A stretch of DNA of 64,000 nucleotides from the NCBI GenBank assembly GCA_043228905.1, contig JBHGNT010000006.1, forward strand, positions 5,084,001 to 5,148,000, given 5' to 3'. The DNA is from Azolla caroliniana. Its lineage: Eukaryota; Plantae; Polypodiophyta. Positions within the stretch are counted from its first letter, which is position 1, and each line of letters opens with the position of its first letter. The notes beneath the pieces were generated by a model. The model saw nothing but the letters and a program-made list of their open reading frames with translations. It ran no database searches and was not told the DNA's origin. A program made the translations under genes and the position numbers. Below are positions 47,495-60,761 of this stretch, piece after piece.

Positions 47495-50400
47495 CGAATA
47501 AGTCCAGCCAAAATAGGAGCCATTTGGTTGGACAACCCTAGATATGTACAACCTGGTGTGGGTTCCATTTCTTCCAAGCATGTTAGTAGAGTCTTCTCAG
47601 CCCTAGTACAAGTTAGGACACCCAGTTGTCAACTTCAAGTCCAAGCCCTCTTAGATACTGGAGCCAATTCTTGTTTCATGGATAGAGATTTTGCCCAAAA
47701 ACACCAAATATCCTTGCATACACTTCCTTGTCCAGTTTCTGTAGTAGTGATTGATGGACGCCCCATAGCTTCCGGGAAGATATTTGAAGATTCTGAGCCA
47801 ATACACATACTCTTGGGTGATTTAGGATGTTTAGTTTCCTTTAACATAATCCGTAGTCCTGAGCATCCAATTGTCCTTGGTTTGCCATGGTTCGAGCTAC
47901 ATAACCCTAGAATCGATTGGAGGAAGTGAGAAATTAGGTGCCCTTTAGCAGAAAATATCATTGTCAAGGATCGAACTCGGGATTATCCTCCCAAAGTATA
48001 TAGTTCTACTGATGCACCATATCCTTCTCATCAAATTTCAGCCATCACATTGCAACAATTGCACCAAGTGGGAGGCAAGGAGGACCTTTTCTTATTTGCA
48101 GTATCAGTGACACCTTCTAGTGTCACTCAAGGGAATTCAGACATCCAAATTCCCAAAAAAGATCAAGACTATGCTGATGTTTTTGACAAAGTCAAAGCTA
48201 GTGTTCTTCCAAAGCATCGGCTGTACGACTGTCCTATTGATCTCCAACCAGGAAAAGAGCCTCCGTGGGGTCCGATTTACAATTTATCACCCACTGAGCT
48301 TGAGGTTCTTCGAGAATACATCGAGGAAAATCTTGCACATGGGTTTATTCGACATTCAAAGTCTCCAGCTGGTGCTCCTATCTTTTTTGTGAAGAAAAAG
48401 GATAGCTCCCTTCGTTTGGTCGTGGACTATCGAGGCTTAAATAAAGTCACCATAAGGAATAGGTATGCTTTACCTTTAATCTCCAATCTCTTAGAACGCA
48501 TTGGTGGGGCAAAGCATTTTACCAAAATTGATCTAAGGGGTGCATATAATCTTGTTCGAATTCGGCCAGGAGATGAGTGGAAAACAACATTTTGTACTCG
48601 GTATGGTCATTTCGAGTATACAGTCATGCCTTTCGGGCTCACAAATGCACCTGCCGTATTTCAACATATGGCAAATGACATCTTCCAGGATTTCTTGGAT
48701 ATTTTTCTAATCATCTACCTAGATGATCTATTGATTTACTCTAAAACACAGGGGGAGCATGATATACATGTGCGGCAAGTACTTGAACGCCTAAGGAAGT
48801 ATGGTCTTTACGCCAAACTTGAGAAATGCAGTTTTGATTGCAAACAAGTCGAATTTTTGGGATACACTATTTCATCCCAGGGTGTTTTCATGGACCCGGC
48901 AAAAGTCCAAACAATATTGGAATGGAAACCCCCATGCTCAGTTCGGGATGTCCAGTGTTTCCTCGGATTTGCGAACTTCTATCGCAAATTCATACATAAT
49001 TATTCAAGCATTGTGTTGCCCCTTACTCAACTCACCAAGTAAAATCAAGAATTTTTTTGGAGTATCGAAGCGGACAAGGCTTTTACGCAGCTAAAAGAGG
49101 CATTCACATCAGCACCCATCCTAGCACATATTGATCCTGAAAAGCCATTTACTATTGAGGCGGATGCATCAGACTTTGCATTGGGGAGTATCCTATCGCA
49201 ACCAGGCGAGGACGGGCAGATACATCCAGTCGCGTTTCACTCGAGAAAGTTTACTGTTTCGGAGATAAACTATGAGGTGCATGACAAGGAGTTACTAGCT
49301 GTGGTCGACTCATTCGAGCAATGGCGTCATTTTCTAGAAGGATCACCTCATCAGAGTATCATTTATAGTGATCACAAAAATCTCACATATTTTCAAACAG
49401 CTCGAGTATTAAATAGACGACAAGCTCGGTGGGCCCAATTTCTAACGCGTTTCGATTTCAAGATCATTTTTCGCCCCGGAAAACAACAAGGGAAAGCAGA
49501 TGCTCTGTCTCGGCGTTCGTATCTAGCACTTCGACCTGGAGATCCGGCCTTTGACAATCAAAAGCAAACTCTCCTCGGGCCATCAAAGCTACAGGTAACA
49601 ACAATTTATGCCACACCACTTGATTCTACCCTTCTTGACACTATTCGGCAACAACTTCATTCGGATGATTTTGCTAAGGATGTCTTAGCCCACTGTGGTT
49701 CAAGTCATCCATCTTGCTCCACATTGCCAGGGTCATCTCAACATTATAAGGACTTCAAGTGGTAAGATGGTTTACTCTTCTACAAGAATCTCCTTTACGT
49801 CCCCGACGGATCACCCCGACTTCAAGTGTTGGAACATTGTCATGATGCCCCCATGGTTGGACATTTTGGTATTTCCAAGACCATTGAGCTGGTGAAACGT
49901 TCGTTTTGGTGGCCTCACTTGCAAAAATTTGTCGAAGATTATGTTCGCACTTGTGACACCTGCTGTCGCGCCAAAATACCCCGGCATCACCCTTATGGCT
50001 TACTACAACCATTACCCCCTCCCAACAAGCCATAGCAGTCTATTTCTATGGATTTCATTACGGATCTGCCACCTTCCAAAGGCTTTGATACTATTTTAAC
50101 AGTAGTGGATCGGTTCACCAAGATGGCACATTTTGTACCATGTGTAAAGACCATCAATAGTGAAGAAACTGCAGATCTCATTATGCGTGAAGTGTTTCGC
50201 CATCATGGTCTCCCGAATGATATTATTAGCGATCGAGGTCCTCAATTTATCTCACACTTTTGGAAGCACCTATGGGCAGGCCTCAAAATCTCTTGCAAAC
50301 TCTCTTCGGCTTATCATCCACAAACTGACGGACAAACAGAGCGCACAAATCAAACGCTCGAGCAATATCTTCGATGTTTCATTAGTTATCAACAAGATGA

Positions 50401-51157
50401 TTGGAGTAAAATTTTACATCTTGCTGAGTTTGCATACAACAACACAGTCCACTCTTCTACCAAAGTTACACCTTTCTTTGCCTACACCGGCAACCACCCT
50501 CGATGGTGTATACTGGATCTTCCCGAGGTGTCACGAAACCCTAGTGCGGTGCATCACCTCCACCGACTACAACAAATCCAGTTCGAGTTATCGTCACATC
50601 TTCAGAAAGCGCAAGCACACCATAAGACCAATGCCGATCGACATCGTCTTAAGTCTCCGTTTAAGGTTGGTGACCGTGTATGGTTGCTTCGTCGTCACAT
50701 CAAGACTACCCGACCGTGTGCTAAGCTTGACTATCAACGCTTAGGTCCTTTTGTCATCACGGCGCAGATTAATGATGCAACATTTCGTCTTAACCTTCCT
50801 GCACATATACGGCTTCACCCTGTCTTTCATAGCTCTCTTTTGGAACCTTGCCACACCTCTTTAATTCCTGATCGTGTCGTGCCACCACCGCCTTCTGTAC
50901 AACTTGTGGATGGCCCCGAATACGAGGTAGCTGCTATTCTCGATTCTAAGATTGTGCGCAATAAGCTTTATTATCTAGTTGATTGGCTTGGTTATCCTCT
51001 GAGTGATCGCACTTGGGAACCCATCGATAACGTTTGTAATGCTGAAGCTCTGGTCAACGACTTCCATCATCACTATCCAAACAAGCCCGACCCAACAATG
51101 TTAACGCCGACTTCCACTCGGCGTTCTCGAAGGAGGGATAGTGTCATGAACACATGA
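47495..51157 (+). pseudogene. Chromovirus A pol (PR-RT-RH-IN-chromodomain) with several stops
   Basis: LLDTGA, YLDDLL, SDHKNL, SDRGPQF and a C-terminal chromodomain. Stops at about 47927, 49040, 49763 and 50033. Confidence 0.93.
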
Positions 51158-51550
51158 CCATTACGACATCACCCGGACTTGAACCTCGAACCTTGTAATT
51201 CATACTTGAAAACCTCAACCATTAAGATAGCTTATTGTTATATGAAACAATAAAAGCTACTTCTTGTATTACATTGATTATTGTAAAAACTCTAGATTAT
51301 TCTAGAATGTTCTAGAATGTCCTAGAGCATTCTAGGTCTAGAACATTCTAGAACATTCTAGAAATCTCTAAGCTATTCTATAGGAACCTATAAATAAGCG
51401 CATACATGTATTCTCAAATCAATTCGAATCAACACCAGTCTTTAGCTCTCATTACATATCTTGTATCCATTCTCTTTCTTTCTCTATCTTATACATCCAT
51501 TCTTCTCTATCCTTCTTCCATCACTCTATCTTTTATCCTTGGTTCTGACA

Positions 51551-51990
51551 TGGAATGAATGCATACATTAGAAAGTTGAGCCTCGGCATAGTTATGTTGC
51601 AAATGTAGATGCAACTAAGTCTTGTGTGGAAATGTCGATGCAACCGACTTTATGATGCGGTAGATCAAAGTGTCGAAGATGTCTTGCTTGAGATATGGGA
51701 GAACTTGTTGGCAGTAGTCCGTGGCCAGTATGACAATATGCATGGTTCCCCAGAGACTGTGAATAAGAGAAGGAAGAAGCTTATTCACTTATGGAAAAAG
51801 TTGCCCCTGTTTATAGAGCCAACTCAAGGGCCTCAATAGCACTATCGACTTCCATGGACCCTTTCTTGAATATCAGTAAATCATGGCAGTGTGTAGCAGC
51901 AAATTCTAAAACCTTCTACAAAGTCCTATCTTTGGTCTTAGGATTATTGTACATCCTTGTACATAAAAAATTGTAAGCTAATTGAAAAAG
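51551..51990 (+). mobile_element. LINE 3' end remnant
   Basis: LVWKCRCN...VVRGQYDNMHGS...LWKKLPLF resembles the C-terminus of the LINE at 1023-1300. Confidence 0.6.
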
Positions 51991-52089
51991 AAGGAGAATT
52001 CAACGAGTTTGGTCATCTATTCCTATCATGCTGGATGCAAGCGTTGATGTTAAGTGGACGTAGCTAAGAACATGAGTTAAGATGGAGGA

Positions 52090-53670
52090 GGTGGTTGCGG
52101 CATATAGGAATGGAAACGATTTTGGCGGTAAGGTCTGAGATGGTTGATGCGGACAATGAAGCATATTTTTTATTTTAGATAACGATGAAGTATGATGTTG
52201 GCAGGGGTTGAACCAAATTTTCATAAGGAGAGGTAGAGAGTATACACTCATGTTGTTTTTGTAGGTACAACATTTTGGTGATAATCAACGACAACGAGAT
52301 GGTTGATGTGGACTTGAGGAAGCTAATTTTTTGCTTTTTGATCAGGATGAGCAATTATGGTGTTGGGGTTGAAGCATATTATCAGGAGGAGGTGAGGAAA
52401 ATTTGTTTTAGGCTCATTTGTTGTTGACAGTACAAGATTTTGGTGGTAATCGGCGAGATGGTGAGACTATTGATGTAAGATGATTTTTGCGGTAATCTCT
52501 AAGATGGTTGATGCAAACAATGAAGCATATTTTTAGTTTAGATAAGGATGAGTGAGGATGTTGGCGGGGGTTGAAACATATTTTCAGGAGGAGAGGTAGA
52601 GAGTACACTCATGTTGTTTTTGTAGGTACAACATTTTGGTGATAATCGGCGACAACGAGATGGTTGATGTGGACTTGAGGAAGCTGATATTCTGTTTTTT
52701 TTATCAAGATGAGTAATTATGGTGTGGGGCTTGAAGCATATTATCATGAGGAGGTGAGGGAAAGTTTTTTTAGACTCATTTGTTGTTGACAGTACATGAT
52801 TTTGGTGGTAATCGACGAGATGGCGAGACTATTGATGCAAGACGATTTTCGCGGTAATCTCCGAGATGGTTGATGTGAACAATGATGCATATTTTTTAGT
52901 TTAGATAAGGATGAGTGATGATGTTGGCGGGGGTTGAAGCAAATTTTCATGAGGAGAGGTAGAGAGTATACACACGTTGTTTTTGTAGGTACAAGATTTT
53001 GGTGATAATCGGCGACAGTGAGATGGTTGATGTGGACTCGAGGAAGCTAATTTTTTGTTTTTTGATTAGGATGAGCAATGATGGTGTGGGGGTTGAAGCA
53101 TATTATCATGAGGAGGTGATGAAAATTTGTTTTAGACTCATTTGTTGTTGACAGTACAGGATTTTGGTGGTAATCGGCGAGATGGTGAGACTATTGATGT
53201 AAGACGATTTTTGCGGTAATATTTAACATGGTTGATGCGGATAATGAAGCATATTTTTAGTTTAGATAAGGATGAGTGATGATGTTGGCAGGGGTTGAAG
53301 CATATTTTCATGAGGAGAGGTAGAGAGTACACTCATGTTGTTTTTGTAGGTACAACATTTTGGTGATAATCGGCGACAACGAGATGGTTGATGTCGACTT
53401 GAGGAAGCTGAGTTCTTGTTTTTTGATCAGGATGAGTGATGATGGTATGGGGTTTGAAGCATATTATCGCAAGGAGGTGAGGAAAAGTCTTTTTTAGACT
53501 CATTTGTTGTTGTCAGTACAGAATTTTGGTCGTAATCGGCGAGTTGGCAAGACTATTGATGTACAAGATTTTGGTGATAATCGGCAACATCTAGATGGTT
53601 GATGTGGACTTGAGGAAGCTGATTTTCTGTTTTTTTATCAGGATGAGTGATGATGGTGTGGGGGTTGGTT
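52090..53670. repeat. Tandem satellite with a ~363-bp monomer, about 4.3 copies, built from two related ~180-bp halves
   Basis: GAGAGGTAGAGAGTA recurs near 52229, 52591, 52954 and 53314. GATGGTTGATG and GATGAG motifs occur twice per unit. Confidence 0.9.
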
Positions 53671-54657
53671 ATCTAAACCAGATTTTTGCAGAGGGAGAGT
53701 GATTGTATTTCATTCATTGGGACTTCCAAAAAAATTTGCAAAAAGAAAGAAAAAACTATATGAACAGCTTCGATCGGAAAAATGTTGCTCAATTCTTATG
53801 GATTGGCTGCCTTAGGTCATTAGTTATTCTCCTTGGGGCTGTCAGATATTCCCAAGGATTGAATTACACAGTAGTATAGCATATGCTCTGATGGATATGT
53901 ATCAAAATATGGGAGATACAATTGGCATCACAATATGGTGGATCTACTGCTCATAATATTGTTTTTCTTGAGAGATATGGAAGGGAAACTCTCACTTTGG
54001 GAGCTAGATTTTAATTATTCCTTACATGTGGGGAGTAATGGTGATGATTCACATGCATATGATGCTTGGTATAAGAAGTATATTTTGTTTTGGAAATAAA
54101 TAAATAAATAAAATTGTAAGCTTCTGGGCAGACAAGCTCAAGTTGTAGCATTCAGGTGTTTTTCGTTAATACTACTAAAGAAAATCTTTGAAGGAAAAAT
54201 GGCACTTACACTTACGTATGCATTCGGAAGGTATATCTCTTAATGTCATCACATTGTTTGTGTCTTGAAAACATGTGGAAGTTACAAAGACTTACAACTT
54301 ACTTAGGAAGAACTTGAGTTTGTTGATTACAAAAGGACATTTTATCTTGACATTCCAAGAGATGTTTAATATTTTCATCTCATATGTGATAAAGCCATAT
54401 GTTATCGCAATCCTTTGTTGAAATGGTGCACACTTGACAATGCTTGTTGAGAAATTTACCTTGAATGTCAATTTGAAGCATGAAGGAATCTTTTGTGAAA
54501 GCACTCTCGTGAAGTTGTTCGAGTTAAGGTCTTATGTTGGTGCTGAATCATATTTTTATTCTCATCTATCTATTTTTCCTTCTTGTAAGATTTGAAAAAT
54601 GATGATGGTGTTGAGGGTGTAGGAATCAAACAATAAGAATGGGAGGATAGAGAAAGC

Positions 54658-54939
54658 TGTTGGGAACTTGACGTTCCTTATGTCCGACGCTCGGCCACAA
54701 CCAAGATTCTTTACATACACAGAAAAAACAGGCAATGAAACGAGACACAAAAGAGGAGAAAATAGTACACAGGAGGTATACGTGGAAAACCCCAAAATAG
54801 GGGAAAAACCACGGCAGCCCACAAGCTGCAAACTGTCTCTATGTAGAAAAAAAAATACAACAGTGAGATCACTAAGGCAACGACCTCGTGCTCTCAGATC
54901 TTCGCCACAGGCGGCGGTTACAACGGAGGCTACGACCTC

Positions 54940-54982
<43 letters not shown>

Positions 54983-57900
54983 CAGTTACGCGCTCTGATT
55001 TCTTCTTTCACCAACAACGAAGAATGATTACTCTATATCTAAAAGTTTGCCCTAAGTCATACTTATACTAGTATGACTTTTCGGCTATTTACAAATGTAG
55101 CCTTGATGGGCTCCATCCGGCTCTCCGCAGTCGGGTACTCCCCGTCCGGCTCTCCGTAGTCGGGCCTACACCATCCGACTCTCCACAGTCGGGTTCTCCC
55201 CATCCGGTTCATACCGTTTCGGCCGAGGCACTATTCTTCTCCCTTCCCATCCGGAGGGACCTGTCTACCAACAAACTCCCCCTTCACTCCAGCATGGGGT
55301 GTCTTTCTAGCCCGATCCTCTTCCGGCATGCGTCCAGCTTGTCGGGTGTCAGCACTTTGGTCAGCATATCTGACCCGTTCTCGGCCGTGTGGATCTTCGC
55401 CAATGCGAACTCCTGGTCATCTACCCTTTCCCGGATCCAGTGATACCTCCGTTGGATATGCTTCGTCCGGGAATGGTAGGCCGCATTCTTAGCAAGGTGG
55501 ATGGCACTTTGACTGTCGCAGTAGAGTCGGTATTCCTCTTGCCGGATACCGAGCTCTCCGATGAAGTCCTTCATCCATAATATTTCCTTGCCGGCTTCTA
55601 CAGCCGCCATGTACTCCGCCTCTGTGGTTGACAATGCAACCGTCTTCTGCAGCCTCGACTGCCACGAAACAGCTCCCCCTGCATATGTCATCACATACCT
55701 GGATGTAGACCGGCTGGTATCCACATCAGCCGACATGTCCGAATCGGTGAAACCGTCCAGTTGGGGTTTTCCGGAGCCGAATCGGAGACACATATTTGAA
55801 GTGCCCTTCAAATACCGGAGTATCCATTTGACCGCGTTCCAATGCTGCTCGCCGGGATTACTCATGAACCGGCTCACCACTCCGACTGCGTATCCAATGT
55901 CCGGTCGGGTACAAACCATTGCGTACATCAAGCTCCCGACGGCAGAGGCATATGGAATCTTCATCATATCTGCCTTCTCTCCCTTTGTCTTCGGGCTTTG
56001 CCTGCCGGACAACTTGCAGTTTGCCGGTAGTGTCGATCCGACCGGTTTTACATCTGACATGTTGAACCGGTGAAGCACCTTTGTCACATACTTCTCCTGT
56101 GACAGCCATAGCTGCTTCACTGACCAGTCCCGAATGATGTGCATCCCCAACATCTGTCTTGCTGGACCCAGGTCTTTCATTGAGAAGGTCCGGTTGAGAG
56201 CTTTCTTCAGCATCCGTATTTGGCCTTGGTCTCGTCCGACGATCAACATGTCATCCACGTACAGGAGGACTATCAGGAAGTCCCCTCCTTCGAACTTCTT
56301 CACAAACACGCAGTGATCGGCCTGCGTCTTATGGTACTCTTGATCGGTCATGAAGGAGTCGAACTTCCGATACCATTGCCGAGGAGCCTGCTTCAGTCCG
56401 TATAGGCTCTTCTTCAACCGGCAACCAGGTGCTCCTTCCCTTTCTCCACAAATCCTTCCGGTTGCTGCATGTAGATTTCCTCTTCGAGGTCGCCGTGGAG
56501 GAATGCCGTCTTCACGTCCAGCTGCTCTACCTCGAGATCCATGCTTGCTGCTATACTCAGCACCGTCCGGATGGAGGTCATCTTTACTACCGGGGCAAAT
56601 ATTTCGTCGAAGTCCACGCCCTTCTTCTGCTGGAACCCCTTCACCACGATCCTGGCTTTGTATCTCGGGGGGTTGCCGGCATCTCCCGGTTTCAACTTGA
56701 ACACCCACTTGTTTCGGAGTGCCCGCTTTCCTTTCGGCAGCTCCACCAATTCGTACGTATGGTTCTCATGCAGGGAATCCATCTCATCCTGCATGGCACC
56801 TAACCATTTTCGGCTATGGGTGTCTTCCTTCGCTTCTTCGAAGCTTTCCGGCTCCCCCTCATCGGTCAGCAGGACATGCTCTGCATCCGGAAATCTCCGG
56901 GGCGCCCTTCTCTCTCTGAGAGGATATCTGCGTCTTCGGGCTTCGGTAATCGGTTCCTCTATTTGCTCTTCATCCGAATCTGATTCGGGGTGATGACCGG
57001 TTCCGGTCTCAGCTTCCTCTACTTCTTCTTCTGCCGGTTCAGTATCCTCACCGTAACCGGCTGGTTCCTCGAGTGCTAACCGGTCTCCTGCCGGTTGGGT
57101 CTGCTCATTGTAGAGTCTATCCTTACCGGTCGACTCGGAGTTCGTTATCTTCTTCTCCGACTCCCAGTCGGCGAGCGTCTTGTCCTCCATGAAGATAATA
57201 TCTCGACTCCGGAATACCTTCTTGTCGACCGGGTCCCACACTCGGTAGCCGAACTCATTGTCACCGTAACCGAGGAATATGCATGGCCGGGTCTTTGGGT
57301 CTAACTTTCCTCTCCGGTCCTTTGCTACATGCACGTACGCGAGACACCCGAACACCCTCAGATGCCGGTAGGACACTTCCTTACCGGTCCATACTCTCTG
57401 TGGCGTGTCTCCGTCCAAGGGTACTAAGGGTGATCTGTTTATCACATATGTCGCCGTTGACAGTGCCTCAGCCCAAAACTTCTTGGGTAGTTTTGCATGC
57501 CCTAGCATACTCCGGACCCTCTCCATTATGGTCCGGTTCATCCTCTCGGCCAGTACGTTTAGTTCCGGCCTCTTCGGCACGGTAAATTCGAGCCGGATTC
57601 CCTTCGAGCGGCAGTACTCCTCGAACTGCCCCCGGTACTCTCCTCCGTTATCTGCTCGAACCGCCTTCAGCTTCCGACCGGTTTCTCTTTCCACTCTCGC
57701 GTGGAGCTCTTTGAAGACGGATAACACCTGATCCTTCGTCTTCAGCGGTGTGGCCCACAGCTTCCGGCTGTGGTCATCTATGAACGTCACGAAGTACTGC
57801 GCTCCGGCATGTGACTTCGTGTCTACTTGACAAACATCCGTATGCACCAACTCCAGTGGTGCACTACGTCTCATCGGTGGCCTTGGTCGGAAGGAGGTCC

Positions 57901-59656
57901 GGTTCTGCTTACCGGCCAGACAATCAGTGCACTTCTCTAAATGCACGTTCTTCACTGGAATGAGGTTGTCGTCTGCAAGCCTCTTCATCCCCTTCTCACT
58001 CATATGACATAGCCTCTTGTGCCACAGCTCACCGGCAGTGTCGGAAGCCACGTTCACTTCTTCCGGACATAACCGGGTATTCATCAGGTACAGTGTGTTT
58101 ACCTTCCGGGCCCGAGCCACAATCAGGCTCCCTTTGCTGAACTTCATGACACCATTCCGGATGCTACCCGTGTAGCCTTCATCATCTAGCCGACCGGCTG
58201 ATATCAGGTTCAGACGAACTTCCGGAACGTGTCGGACATCTTTCAGCAGCAACTTGCATCCGGTTGGTGTTGTCAGCCACACGTCTCCTATGCCGACAAT
58301 TCGGCATGTTCCTTCATTCCCCATCCGGACACAACCGTGATCACCGGCTGAGTAGGATGAGAAGCATTTCCGGTCTGGGGTAAGATGGAACGACGCTCCG
58401 GAATCTACCACCCAGGTCATCTCGTCGCCGGCAAGGTTTATCTCACTCTCCTCGGTGATGAGCATCAACTCCTCTTCACTTGCCGCAATTGCCGTCGTTC
58501 CCTTCCGGTCCGGCCCCCTCCGGTCTTTACCATTCCGGTCTGTACCGTTCCGGTTCGGGGTTTGCTTCGAATCGGTACCGTCGGTTTCCTTGTCTTTACG
58601 GAAATGCCGACAGTTCTTTTGGAAATGCCCTGGCTTGCCGCAATAGAAGCAAGTAGGCCTCCCGCTTGACTTTGACCGTGTCCCCGACTTCTCCCGGTTC
58701 TGGGGACTACGGTTTCTTTGTCTTCCGCATTCCGATTCGGTAAGGAGCGCTCTGGAGTCGGAGCTCGTATCTTTGTCTTTCCGACGAGCCTCCTCATCTA
58801 GCAAGATCGACTTTACTCTTGCTAGGGATAACCGTTTTCCTTCCGGCCCGGCGTTGCCCAAAGTGACAACCAACGTCTCCCAGCTATCCGGGAGGGAACC
58901 GAGCAGGAGTAGCGCTAGGACCTCATCGGCAAGAGGTACTTCCAATGACGTTGCCTGGTGAATCAGCCCCTGGAAGGCATTCATATGCTCCGCCATGCTG
59001 TGGCCATCTTGGTACCGGAGTCTTACAAGCTTCCGGAATACCGACGCTTGATTGACAGCATTTTTGTTCTGGAACATTGTGCCGATCTTCTCCCAGAGCT
59101 CATGAGCCTTACTCTCTTCATTGAAGTTGTTGTACAGGCTCATGTCGATGAAGCACCGTATGTACGCCGTTGTCTTCATGTGCATCACCTCCCATATCGC
59201 GGCGTAGATTTTGTCCGGTCTCTTGTCCCCGAACTGAGCCGGCAGCCAGAGGTCTTTTACCACGAGCATGTCCCTCATCTTCGACTTCCACACTGAATAG
59301 TTGGAACCGGTGAGCTTGAACATGCCGCCAAACGATTCGTCCATTTTCTGTGTCGATCTCGCTCTGATACCACTTGTTGGGAACTTGACGTTCCTTATGT
59401 CCGACGCTCGGCCACAACCGAGATTCTTTACATACATAGAAAAAACAGGCAATGAAACGCGACACAAAAGAGGAGAAAATAGTACACAGGAGGTATACGT
59501 GGAAAACCCCAAAATAGGGGAAAAACCACGGCAGCCCACAAGCTGCAAACTGTCTCTATGTAGAAAAAAAAATACAACAGTGAGATCACTGAGGCAACGA
59601 CCTCGTGCTCTCAGATCTTCGCCACAGGCGGCGGTTACAACGGAGGCTACGACCTC

Positions 59657-59691
<35 letters not shown>

Positions 59692-59976
59692 CAGTTACGC
59701 GCTCTGATTTCTTCTTTCACCAACAGCGAAGAATGATTACTCTATATCTAAAAGTTTGCCCTAAGTCATACTTATACTAGTATGACTTTTCGGCTATTTA
59801 CAAATGTAGCCTTGATGGGCTCCATCCGGCTCTCCGCAGTCGGGTACTCCCCGTCCGGCTCTCCGCAGTCGGGCCTACACCATCCGGCTCTCCACAGTCG
59901 GGTTCTCCCCATCCGGTTCATACCGTTTCAGCACTGTTCTTCTCCCTTCCCATCCGGAGGGACCTGTCTACCAACA
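54658..59976 (-). mobile_element. Ty1/copia LTR retrotransposon (Copia-3), same family as Copia-2
   Basis: LTRs at 54658-55273 and 59375-59976. TSD AAAGC. PBS TGGTATCAGAGC at 59361-59372 (-). PPT GAAGGGGGAG at 55276-55285 (-). Confidence 0.97.
55284..59344 (-). pseudogene. Copia-3 gag-pol with a single frameshift near 56425
   Basis: The frame runs MDESFGG...KEHLV, then shifts and continues CRLKKSLYGLKQ...HPMLE*. Confidence 0.93.
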
Positions 59977-60218
59977 AAAGCAAGAGAAGAAATGCAAAAT
60001 CATACAGGCTTCAGCTAGATATAGAGAACGAAAATATGATTGAGAGTGAGAATAATGTGATTGAAGATCAGTTCTCTAGTATTATTAGTGGAAGAAGCTT
60101 AAGAAAAGGAAGTATTGCTATAGTGGTGGGAGAGCACGTAAGAAAAGGCGACTATCACTCTTGAATTTAATTGCTAGGAAAAATGTAGAAAAATATTTCG
60201 AGTGAGAAAGTCCTTGAT

Positions 60219-60761
60219 TTGTTAAACCACCATGGAGAAGTGACTTCATTTGAAGCATTCAAGTTTATCATGAAGCATCAACAGAGCACAATTGTGATAA
60301 ATGTCACGTCGATCGAAGGGCAAGAAATGTTTCTGAAATTAAAACATATGACAAGGTACAACTATAAATTGAAGATATTGAGTGGACAATATGCAATTAA
60401 GGCAAATTTTATAGAATTCATGCGTCACATAACTTGTATGAAAGTTTTATACACATCAGTTCATCTTGTAAGGATAGATTTGATTCATGAGCTCTTCACT
60501 TGGCAACTTTTTAACATCTTAAAAGCTATAGAGCTATGTAGAGGTGATAGCTTTGAAGAGAGGTTTGTGTGGTATGCATCAGCCCAAGAATTTGTAAATA
60601 TTGCATTGCTCATTATGGCGAGCATCAAGTCATTACCTTTGGCTTGCCATAGATCTCAAAGACATTGGCAAAGCATAATCCTGAATGAACTTAGGGTTGT
60701 TTTATATCAAAAGAAACAATGGCGACATGGCTTATCTGGAATTTTGCCCTTCGAGCAGTAG
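60219..60761 (+). mobile_element. Possible very old copia RT remnant
   Basis: TSFEA, FLKLK, RGDSFEERF..AQEF and IKSL...QRHW occur in the order of copia ESFEEA, VFKLK, HGDLEEEIY..PEGF and KKSL...PRQW. Confidence 0.4.

Larger units (their letters stand above)
34389..51550 (+). mobile_element. Tcn1-like chromovirus A (Ty3/gypsy) hosting two nested elements
   Basis: 409-bp LTRs at 34389-34797 and 51142-51550 (TGTCA...TGACA). TSD TGGAA at 34384-88 and 51551-55. PPT AGGAGGGATAG. gag lies at 34860-35666, 41166-41374 and 47356-47501. No tRNA PBS. Confidence 0.96.

Noticed and set aside
12414-59465. Many antisense and alternate-frame ORFs over the polyproteins
   Set aside because: They are shadows of GC-rich coding sequence with no independent motifs.
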